The notes under the pieces are model-generated. The model ran no database searches. It was given only the letters and a program-made list of their open reading frames with translations, and was not told the DNA's origin. A stretch of DNA of 64,000 nt, from positions 1 through 64,000 of the forward strand of contig CAJFCJ010000029.1 of assembly GCA_904063045.1 (NCBI GenBank), written 5' to 3'. Position numbers and translations under genes: made by a program. This stretch comes from Dimorphilus gyrociliatus (Eukaryota; Animalia; Annelida). Below are positions 54,501 through 63,997 of this stretch, piece by piece (positions within the stretch are counted from its first letter, which is position 1; every line of letters starts with the position of its first letter).

Positions 54501-55388
54501 AGTTCTTGCAGCCCTTATTATAGTCTTTTCAATAATTGGAATGTTTGTAATATGTTTCACCTACGGAAGATATAAACACTCTCTTAGAGATAAAAATGCT
54601 GCCTATATTCGAACTTTACCTGCTGGACATGTAAATGGCTCTACAACCGAACTTATGTACGACAATTCGTCGGATTTTCTTAGGGAGTACGAAACTCAGA
54701 GCTTAGCCGTTTACGTTCCGGCCGACGAGCCAGTACAAGAACAAGGAGAAATTAACATGAACTTTTCTGTGGCGGACGAAGCAACAGCTCGCACACTACC
54801 TCGAAGTACCTACAGTGCCGATGCATCAACAAGATCCCACAATGGTGGTGTATTCTCGGCTACTAATCCAATATATCAAAGGTATAGAGATTCATAAAAT
54901 AACATTATAGAAGTTCATAAACAAACATTTATATTTTCTCTAACAGTTCTCAACAATTTACCTCTATTCATGAACGACTCAGCAGTGGAAACGACGCTAC
55001 AACATCAAGAGCGGTCGGATATGGAGGTGATTTTACAACATCAAGAACGGTCAGAGGTGGAAGCGACTTTGCAGCATCAAGAACGGCCGGAGCTGGAAGC
55101 GACTTTTCAACATCAAGAGCGGTCAAAGGTGGAAGCGACTTTGCAACATCAAGAACAATAGGAGGTGGAAGCGATTTTGCAACGTCCAGAAAAATTGAAG
55201 GTGGAAGCGATGTAGTATCATCAGGAGTGATCGGAGGCGAAAGTACTAGCGATACAAGACACGAATCAAGATTAGTAACAAAAACATCAATGAAATCATA
55301 CGGTCATAGAGAGAATACAAACCGATTCTCATCAGGCAGTCAGACTGCTGCCGCTTACGAAGTTAACGACGATCCAACCGTCTTTTAA
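18524..55388 (+). CDS. Giant cadherin-related type I membrane protein (~85 EC repeats; PCDH15/Cad99C/CDHR-like termini)
   Basis: Signal peptide MFSLRISVILLLLAVPSIAQE at 18524. Continuous in-frame GT-AG exon chain through EC repeats, a MAD12/SEA-like juxtamembrane region (about 53582-54480), a TM helix ALIVLAALIIVFSIIGMFVICF (about 54490-54560) and a cytoplasmic tail ending ...DDPTVF* (TAA 55386-55388). All cadherin ORFs in the track from 19978 to 54897 are exons of this one gene. Confidence 0.93.
19344..19358 (+). other. Candidate 15-nt microexon (SSVRK) in cadherin EC1
   Basis: ACTAAC branch-like site, pyrimidine tract, CAG|TCATCTGTCCGCAAG|GTACC; phase 0-0 inside an unusually long ~690-nt intron region. 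Confidence 0.65.
27660..27668 (+). other. Candidate 9-nt microexon (DIE) in about EC21
   Basis: TTTTTTAATTGCTCGCAG|GATATCGAG|GTTTGA; phase 0-0 within a ~600-nt intron, with TGC just upstream of the acceptor. Confidence 0.55.
40557..40571 (+). other. Candidate 15-nt microexon (DNTTL) after the DxD motif of about EC54
   Basis: TTTTAG|GATAATACGACATTG|GTACGT; phase 0-0, flanked by enlarged introns (40401-40556 and 40572-40907). Confidence 0.6.
53976..54284 (-). CDS. Nested antisense 102-aa single-pass membrane protein inside a cadherin intron
   Basis: ATG-to-TAG ORF fills most of intron 53962-54344. It has a charged N-terminus, a KKRR stretch and a ~30-residue hydrophobic segment (ITIYLLLSIIVALGMTLVGFGFALFSFHITLGVI). 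Confidence 0.55.
   Translation of the reverse strand: MRRWRATFSLKSQTELVSKEDDFVWDALATPIKVERVRRTRVLEAMQRAEEKKRRITIYLLLSIIVALGMTLVGFGFALFSFHITLGVIDDKGYLKTNSTKS
54981..55232 (+). repeat. Seven 36-nt coding tandem repeats (12-aa xGGSDFATSRTI consensus) in the cadherin cytoplasmic tail
   Basis: In the spliced frame: SSGNDATTSRAV GYGGDFTTSRTV RGGSDFAASRTA GAGSDFSTSRAV KGGSDFATSRTI GGGSDFATSRKI EGGSDVVSSGVI. Confidence 0.9.
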
Positions 55389-56049
55389 AGAAAGAAACTC
55401 ATATTACCTTGCCATTTTACTTATCATTAGTTAGAAAGAGAAAAAGATAAAAGAAACAAAAAAAAACAAATGTTCTATACCTTTGATATATATATATATA
55501 TTTGTATGTTTCACGACAGAGATTTTTTATACGGAAAGAAAGATCTGTGATATAATATAATATGCTCTTTTACTCTTATTTAAATATATGAATATTCTAA
55601 TAATATTTATTTACTTATTCATATATTTTTTCAAGCACATGGAATTAAAAAACAATCTATTATATAAAGTATATAGATATGAGTTGAAATTTATATGATT
55701 ATTTGGAATGAAATGCAATTTTTTATGTCTTTTAATAAATTTATTAAATAAACTATGAAATACACTTTTTTTCCTTATCTTAACGAGAGGATATGGTGGC
55801 TTTCGTTGAGAGGAGGGAACACCTCTCTCTAGTTCTTTTGCGATAGAATAGTTTGAGTTTACCTCTTAAGCAGATAAATTTTAGGTTCAAAGGTAGAAAG
55901 CGATAAATTAGAACTTTCAATTAGCTTAATGACTTTCAAACAGAGCTTTAGCCAATCAGCGCTCATTGTTTTCTTGGTATTTAATTATGGAGCGTTCTTT
56001 CAATGGATGATCAGTTGTCGTTTTCGAACCGAGTAGTGTATTGGCAAGG

Positions 56050-56496
56050 ATGAACGATTCTTGTAACAATTTATCGAAAACTTTACCAAAGTTTGTTAAT
56101 CAATCGAAATATTTAAAACGAAAAGCGGATAGAGAATGCCCAATAGACGTACCAAATTTAAAGAAGAGACAAACATCGATAACGGATTTCGGAAGACATG
56201 TTAAGAAGCCAAAGAAAATTTCTACATGTTCATGGGAAGAGGATATTCTCTGCAAAAATGATTCCTCAATATCTTATACAATACAAAAGTCAAAAACAAC
56301 AAATTCCGTTCCTCCTATACGCAAAGCTTTACTACCTATTAAAAGTATTAAATTATGCAAATCAAAGCTAAAAGCCTACGCTAATAACTCTTCCTCTTCT
56401 ACAACACCAACAACTGTGAGTACTACTACTGTCTCTCGGCCAATAATTGAACGGAAAGTGTTAGCAAAGGTTATTGTACTAACAGAAGTTTCATAA
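56050..56496 (+). CDS. Small basic S/T-rich protein with a p21-like PIP box/degron
   Basis: 148-codon ORF from ATG 56050 containing KKRQTSITDFGRHVK. A CCAAT box (AGCCAATCAG, 55950-55959) lies about 100 nt upstream. No recognisable folded domain. Confidence 0.5.
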   Translation: MNDSCNNLSKTLPKFVNQSKYLKRKADRECPIDVPNLKKRQTSITDFGRHVKKPKKISTCSWEEDILCKNDSSISYTIQKSKTTNSVPPIRKALLPIKSIKLCKSKLKAYANNSSSSTTPTTVSTTTVSRPIIERKVLAKVIVLTEVS

Positions 56497-57242
56497 CGGT
56501 GATAAAATCTTATCTCTATGGTTGTTTTATTCCCTTTCCAGTGCCTATCATTATTTTTATACCATTTATAATCGTCCTCTATTAAACAAAATTTTATCGT
56601 TCCAAAAATCTCTGCAGAATCGATTGCATTAATTAGTTTATCTAATTGAATTATGAAATAAAAGTATGTTTATTCAAAACAATTAGCATTCATTCGTTAA
56701 TCTTCATTATAATATAGGCAAATTAACATTGAAACTTAGAACGCAACATAGCTTTCGAACGATCGAAAATAAACAAACTAAAAATATTTCTCTAGTAAAA
56801 AGAGTTCAAATTTTGGCTATCAATCTTATAAATAGATTGTCCTAAATTAGAACTAGATTTTAGACCAACGCTCCAGCTCTTATGACCCCTATATGTAACT
56901 TAGGTTGATCAATTAACCATCGAATAGAAAGGAAATTGTAGAGATTTATCTATTTTATACGAAAAGAGATGAGAGTACTACACATATACTTTATATATTA
57001 AGAATGTTATTTTTTAGTGTCATCGTTGACACTGATTAACCATTATTTATAATGGCAAAATATTTCTTAATTTCTAAGAATATAAACATACTTGGCCTAT
57101 CCAATCTAAACGACCTTATTAATGTCCCTGTTTCCAACCATTTAAATACTCAAAAATAAGTCTTCATACGAATAACTATTAAAAGAAATTTGAAGAAAAG
57201 TTATACCAAACGTTAAGAGACTAAATTCGAGGGATATTTGTA

Positions 57243-58740
57243 ATGGCTTCCATAATTTGGCATGTTCTTACTAATAAAGAATTTTGGGAATCGGCCCAAA
57301 TCGAACAAAAGTAAATAAATTAAAGTAAACTTTCTCAATTAATAGTACATTCTTATTTTAAAAGTTTAGCAAAACATTCAAAATGCGATAGCGACGTTAC
57401 ATTAGAAGGGAAAGTTGCTATTGTTACTGGTGGTACTGCAGGAATTGGAAAGGAATGTGTAAGAGACTTCGTAAAAAGAGGCGCAAAAGTTATTATTCCA
57501 TGTAGGGAAATGAAAAAAGGGGAAGCTGTTAAATTGGAAATAGAAAATGACACTTGTTCTTTTGGAAAGATTATCCTTATGAATATGGATCTATCATCAA
57601 TGGAAAGTGTTAGAAAATTTGCAAAACAATTTAGAAAGAGTAAGTATTTTATCATTCTTGAGTTTATCTTTTTCACTTCTGATGCTAATTTTAAGGAGAG
57701 GATAGATTGGACATTCTCCTGAATAATGGAGGAATAATAAATGCTCTTAAATCGCATACTAAAGATGGTTTTGAATCTATATTGGCTACAAATTCTCTAA
57801 GCCACTTTTTACTAACTCATCTTCTATTTGATTTGCTAAAGAAAAGCTCCCCGAGTAGAGTTGTAAATGTTTCTTCATCGGGTCATTATGCTGCCACCGA
57901 TATGATGTTTGATGATTTTCAAATATTTCAAGGATGTTGGAAACCTTCTGATTTCTATTTGTATTGTCGAAGTAAAGCTGCCAACGTTATGTATGCTGTA
58001 GAATGGCAAAGGAGACATCCCAGTTTGTACTTCTTAATTGTTGATAATTAACGTATTCATTGTAAAAATTTCCTGTTAGATTCGGGTGTCACTTTCTATA
58101 GCTGTCATCCAGGGGCAGTTAGAACAGAAATCTTTCGAAATTACAACTTATCCAACGAGTTTATTGGTTTCTTAATGTATAAGGTATGAAAAGCATCATT
58201 AACCTTTTTGAAATATAATACTAATGTAACAAATACTATCGCTTATTTACGCAAAGAAGGATTTCAATTGCTATTGAATTGTTCAATATAAGGTTATTAA
58301 TTTATGGCAAGTTCTATTTCTTGTCCTGTTTGTAGACCCTTGTAGGCTTTTATCTAGGACAGAATTTAAAGAAATCGCTTGACTTGTAATAAGTTTCTTT
58401 AATAAAGACTTAGGTAAAGTGTTAACAAAAATCATTGACTAATGACTAATTACCTATTCGTTTACACTCAGACATTAGATTGTTGGAACCCTCTGTTAAA
58501 ACACGGGAAGACGCCTGTTCAGGGAGCCCAAACACCAATCTACTGCTGTATTCAAAGAGGACTAGAATCACAAGCGGGCTTATACTTTACGTAAGATATT
58601 CTAATGCATTTAATTAGCGCCTTTCAATAATTATTATTAAATGAAGGGAATGTGAAGTTAGTGAGATGTCAACGCTGGCTCAAAATATTGAAGTGAGAGA
58701 GAAATTATGGAACATTACTCGTGAAACTTTAAATATATAG
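57243..58740 (+). CDS. Retinol dehydrogenase 11-14-like short-chain dehydrogenase/reductase, copy A
   Basis: Motifs VTGGTAGIG, MDLSSMESVRKFA, LDILLNNGG, VVNVSS, YCRSK, HPGAVRT and TPVQGAQT; six exons. Confidence 0.88.
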
Positions 58741-59504
58741 CTGATCATCTTTTTAATCTATTAAATGTAATTAACTTTAAATCTTTAACCTTTTGTAATA
58801 CACATAATACCAATGTTATGTTAGCTATTATTTATAAGGTATTATTTAATTAGAAAAGTTATTTATTAAATGACAATTTATACTAAAATCCTCTCTAATT
58901 TAGATAGTCATACTAGATAATACCAATCTTCTCTTCGCCATAACACAATATTACTCCATATAATAGATTTTGCAACAAAATGTTATTGGTTTAGTCCATT
59001 ATATGAATCGACTGATGTTAAAGTTAGGGTTAGGGTAGATGTTCAAATGGCTTTAGTATACTTAAACTTTTCCTCTTCAAATGTATGATGCAATAAATTG
59101 TAGTCATGTTATGCTTGCCATTATTCGATTAGTTATGTTAATTATTAAATGTCAATTTATGTTCCAATGCTTGCAAATTGAATAAATTTCCAATGACTTG
59201 AAAATAATTTGCAATAAATGAAGATATTTTAAAACAATGTAACAAAACGTTGTGAATGAAAATATCTTTATAATAGACTAATAGGACGAGATAGCTGGTT
59301 TGTTTCTAAAAAAGAATAATTTGTTTTCATAGTCTAACAGCTATAACTCAATTTTTTTATCTGAGCTGTAAGCTGTAACATAAAAGTATAGAAAACTATA
59401 CGAATAATATTATACAACTGTGAATAATAGATACTGTAGCGTTTAAAATACAGAAATTATTCAATAATTTCAATTTATATATCATTAACAAAAATAAAAC
59501 AATT

Positions 59505-60809
59505 ATGGCTGTTATGCTATGGCATTCTCTATTGAATAAGGAACTTGCTCAGGCCAATGAATATGAATTATAGTTGAGTCTTAGTTTGAATAAGCTGTAG
59601 AATTGTGTTTGTAAATTTTTTTTAAATAAAAGCTTAAGAGAATCTTACATTTATAAAAGCGATATTGAATTGTTTGGTAAAACTATCGTTGTTACTGGTG
59701 GAACTGATGAAGTTGGAAAAGAATGCGTCAAAAATTTTATAAAGAGGGGTGCAAGAGTTATTGTAGGTTATAGAAGTAGCAAAAACGGCATCAAACTTAA
59801 AGAAGAGATTGAAGATGATGATACGAATAAAGGGACACTGGTACTAATGGAATTAGAGTTATCATCAATGGAAAGTGTGAGAAAATTTGCTGAAAAGATT
59901 AATAAAAGTATACTTTTTTACCAATACCTTTGTATTTATTAGTATTTTAAAATACAATGAATTATAGGTGAACAGAGATTGGATGTTTTATTAAATAATG
60001 CCGGAATTCTATCAAGCAGTACAGCATATACAAAAGATGGCTATGAAATGATTACAGCTGTCAATTACCTGAGCCACTTTCTTCTGACACATTTACTACT
60101 GCCTCTACTAAAGAAGAGTTCACCTAGTAGAATAGTCAATGTATCTTCCTTTGTCCATAATTTAACAACTGATATGATGTTTGATGATTTTAACATTAGA
60201 ACTGGATATTTTATTCCGACTTCGTTCTATCTGTATGGAAGAAGTAAAGCGGCAATGAATATGTTTACCAAAGAATGCCAAAGAAGATTTAAAGGTTAGT
60301 CTATTGTTTTCGATAGTTTTTTGTAAAGACCAAAATATATATACTGTATATTCTTCAGATATGGGTATAACATCATACAGCTGTAATCCTGGCGCCGTAA
60401 AGACAAACCTTTTTAATCATTTTAGTCTAATCAAGGATTTTACAAACTATCTTTTATTTAAGGTAATTATTTACATACAATTACAAATAATAATATTTTA
60501 TAAACCATTATACGTTTTTACAAAAAAAAAATAGACTTTTAAACTGATAAATCCCATTCAATTCGTCGGTAAGTCTGCTAATGAGGGTGCTCAAACTCCT
60601 ATATATTGTTCAATTGAAGAAGGGATAGAAACCTACGGCGGATCTTATTTTACGTTTGTAATCTATTAAATGATTGAAAATTTAGTAATTTTTTCTTTTT
60701 CTTTAGGGACGGTAAACCTTTTAAGGAATCCAAATTGGTTAATAATGATGAAGTTTGTGAGAAATTATGGGACTATACTACTGACCTCTTGAATTTATCT
60801 AAACTATAG
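59505..60809 (+). CDS. Retinol dehydrogenase-like SDR, tandem copy B
   Basis: Same exon layout as copy A. Motifs VTGGTDEVG, LELSSMESVRKFA, LDVLLNNAG, IVNVSS, YGRSK, NPGAVKT and EGAQT. Confidence 0.85.
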
Positions 60810-61074
60810 TTTATAAATCATACAGAAAAAATATTAATCTAACGATATTGATTATGTAGGCTTAAACGCTTGTTTACTAATAATACATTCCAGCGTGTTA
60901 AGGAGAGGTAATTTTTTGTGATAAATATTGTATTTTTCTATTATTATTGTTCATTTGCAATTGAAGAGCATTTGAGTCTTCTCTCGAAGATTTTTTTTTA
61001 ATAAATTGATCAACTTGTTCTTATTTAATAACTTTAATCGGTTAGTGTTGCGTCTAGAGCAGGAGCGATTAGTC

Positions 61075-61087
61075 GTTGCTATAGCAC
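61075..61087. promoter_or_regulatory. Possible X-box-like element just upstream of the ankyrin gene
   Basis: GTTGCT-AT-AGCAC is one base short of the GTTGCT-AT-AGCAAC palindrome and lies about 30 nt before the ATG. Confidence 0.3.
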
Positions 61088-61114
61088 TGCGTAAACAATC
61101 GCCAACCCGTAAAA

Positions 61115-62317
61115 ATGGCTGCTCTTCCAACATGGAATATTGGAGAAGAAGAAGAAACACCTTCAAAGAGGGAACCTCTAAATGCTGCTGCGGGTTATGG
61201 TAAGGAGAATGTTGTAGAAGAACTACTGAAAGAGGGAAAGCCTATTCAACTCGAGGGACAAACTCGTCAAACTCCTCTACACGAAGCATGTCAAGGAGGT
61301 CATTTACGAGTTTTAGAATTACTTCTTGACCATACTAAAGATTGTGTGAATATAAAAGATAAATGGGAAAGAACTCCTGTTCATACATCCGCATTTCACG
61401 GGGAATTAGAATGTCTGCGTTTATTAAAAGATAAAGGAGCTAATCTGACAGCCTCTGACGTAAACGGCGCTCAAGCATCTCACCTGGCAGCTGAACGAAA
61501 CCACCGCAACATAATTGAATATCTTTACGAACAGGAAGTAATACTCGATAGCGCTGATCATAGCGGGCGTTTGCCATTGCATTACGCCGCAAAGCATGGT
61601 TCATTAAATTGTCTTGTAAGCCTAGTAGAAAGAGATTGTGATCCAACATTGCCGGACAATGACGGAAATTTGCCAATACACATTGCTGCCAGGTACAATC
61701 GATTGGATTGTTTAAGATTTCTACTTGAAACCGGAAATCGTTTAGAGTCTGTTACCCCTGGATCATCTAAACGAAGAACCTCGCTGCACGTTTCATCTTT
61801 ATGCGGGTCGGAGAAAGTTGTTCATTGGTTGTGTGAAAAGGGAGCAAATGTTCACGCCCGAGATATTAATGGGGATACACCGTGCCACTTAGCCGCTCAA
61901 TATGGTAGAGCTCAATGCTTTAATTGTTTAATAAATCATGGAGCGTCTGTTTCTATAAAAAATTATAAGGATGAGACACCCCTTGACGTAGCCAAACGAT
62001 CAGGTCACCCACTATTAATTGCCAAAGCCATCGATAATAACGTTACTTGTTCTACTTGTTACTCAAATTGCCGCCTAGCCGAATGGGAACGTAAGCATCC
62101 TCTCCCAGAAGTGCATAAGAAAATTAAACAAGCAATTAAAAAAGAAGGCCTATTTGATATTCCGGTGAGAAGTGCACATGCCGAACCAAAATCCCGTTTT
62201 TATGGTAAATTTGAAGAAAATTTATTAAAAAAACGCTCGCCAAGACGTGATTTGACAGCTCAATTTTTAGGAGAACATTTACCAACTTATAGACCTCAGT
62301 CTAGTCAAAACTTCTAA
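61115..62317 (+). CDS. Intronless ankyrin-repeat protein (about 8-9 repeats) with a Cys-containing C-terminal tail
   Basis: 400-aa single ORF with TPLHEACQGGH, TPVHTSAFHGE, LPLHYAAKHGS, LPIHIAARYNR and TPCHLAAQYGR repeats, followed by TCSTCYSNC. Confidence 0.9.
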   Translation: MAALPTWNIGEEEETPSKREPLNAAAGYGKENVVEELLKEGKPIQLEGQTRQTPLHEACQGGHLRVLELLLDHTKDCVNIKDKWERTPVHTSAFHGELECLRLLKDKGANLTASDVNGAQASHLAAERNHRNIIEYLYEQEVILDSADHSGRLPLHYAAKHGSLNCLVSLVERDCDPTLPDNDGNLPIHIAARYNRLDCLRFLLETGNRLESVTPGSSKRRTSLHVSSLCGSEKVVHWLCEKGANVHARDINGDTPCHLAAQYGRAQCFNCLINHGASVSIKNYKDETPLDVAKRSGHPLLIAKAIDNNVTCSTCYSNCRLAEWERKHPLPEVHKKIKQAIKKEGLFDIPVRSAHAEPKSRFYGKFEENLLKKRSPRRDLTAQFLGEHLPTYRPQSSQNF

Positions 62318-62379
62318 CAAAACGTCTTTAAAAAAATACAGTTAAAAAATATTCTAAAAAAAATCATTTACGGAGAACA

Positions 62380-62573
62380 TTAATGTTTGACCATTTCTTG
62401 TTTTCGTCGAAGATTACGAATTAGGCAGCAGGAGAGAAGAACGCCAGTAGCAATTAATATGCAAAACGTTATTCCCAAGCCAATCATAATGCTTGTGTGC
62501 TCTTGAATAAATTCCTTTCCTTTATCGTAACACCCCTACATAAAACCATAAATTAACATTTTCCAATTATATA

Positions 62574-62609
<36 letters not shown>

Positions 62610-63997
62610 CAACTCCTTACATCGTAGTATAAAGCTCTGTTTAAAGCACCTTCGTGTTGTCCTGGTGGTCCAATATTCCAAGTCATGCAAACCCTCTCGT
62701 TAACAGCTCTATAGTATTCGTCTCTTACGCAACATGATGAAGGTACATAAGGATTTTGTCCCTCTATATTTTATAACGTTTAAAAATATATTTAAAAGCA
62801 CATTATACCAATATTAAATTATGTAATAGCATTAATAAAATTGCATGCATCTTATTATATCATCAACATATTTCTTATAATATTAATGCTATTATTAATG
62901 AATGATTAAGAATAAGAATCAAATAACATATAGAATCATACCGTGCGAAAACTCTTTTTCAGCAATTGACTTTTTACCAAAGTCTTTAAACCATTTTGAT
63001 TCTCTATAAATGAACCAGCTTTTCGAATTAACGGAACAACAACGAAGCTGAAAAGCGAATTTTTAAAGCTAATCATAAGCGTTTATTAGAATCATACAAG
63101 TTAAAAATCGTAGATATTTGTTTGTATAAAAAATCGATTTGATTGATTATATGGGGAATTTATTTGGTGATGCTACCTGGATTCATATCCAATGCAACTC
63201 TCTCGTACCACAGAGAATTTTGATAGTGACTCCAACTTTTGGGATATATAGAGCAGCATCTTAGCTGTTTTATCATTATAATTATAATTAATGGAAAGGA
63301 ATTGGAATATTACTTAAAAATGTATATCCGAACGATCAATCAAGTTTCATTCGTAAGTTACGTAAATAATAACATTACAGTTTTACAAGAAATAATATTT
63401 AATTCAGTTAGAGTATTGCAAAATACATTACCTTTTCCTGTGCTTTATCCCAAGCCCTTGTCACATCCCTATTGAATTCCTCGTGAAGGTCAACTCCATA
63501 CTGGTCTCTTAAAGTATCTTCCATTATACTTTTGACTTTATTTCCGATTTGAGTACGGAAGACACCAGCCAAAAGTCCTCCAAGAAAGAATCCAACAGCA
63601 ATTACAATCAGACATATACTATAGCTAAAGATTAAGCATTTGTTCTCCATCATGCTTCCAGTGCAACCAAGTAAAGAGATGATAAAAGTTATACATCCTG
63701 TAACTAAAAGAATGTAAGCAGCCACCTCAAACAGAGAACTTCCAATAATATGAGTTAAGTAGTTTCTATCGATAATCAACCATAATCCAACTCCTATAAG
63801 GGTTGCTCCCATACACTATCATGAAGATGAACATTTATTAATAATCTTATTACTAATAATAATAATATAGAGATATCTATTATTTTAATAAATTCGAAAA
63901 AAGACCGAATAGTGATATTTACCCATGCCAGCGACGAAAATATAAATAAAAGATATTTATAAAAACTTATACGCTCATTCGTTTTAGACGGCAACAT
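62380..63997 (-). CDS. Tetraspanin (TSPAN11/18/CD151-like)
   Basis: Four TM helices across exons 63997-63923, ~63818-63432, an alternative LEL exon, 62763-~62620 and the terminal exon to TAA 62382-62380. LEL motifs are CCS, PSSCC and GC. Confidence 0.92.
62575..62607. repeat. (TA)n microsatellite in the last tetraspanin intron
   Basis: Pure TA run; similar runs occur at about 18191-18228 and 40499-40521. Confidence 0.9.
62942..63264 (-). other. Tandem duplicated, mutually exclusive tetraspanin LEL exons A (63264-63177) and B (63047-62942)
   Basis: A = LRCCSIYPKSWSHYQNSLWYERVALDMNP; B = LRCCSVNSKSWFIYRESKWFKDFGKKSIAEKEFSH. Both are phase 0 to phase 1 with canonical AG/GT. Confidence 0.85.

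Noticed and set aside
54970-55161. ORF-track peptide with TLQHQERSEVEA repeats
   Set aside because: Wrong frame. The splice phase at 54881/54947 places the GGSDF frame in the cadherin, and that frame runs to the PDZ-motif stop.
58336-58390. Possible duplicate exon in SDR copy A intron (TLVGFYLGQNLKKSLDL*)
   Set aside because: Only faint similarity to the real exon, ends in a stop and has no frame-compatible donor.
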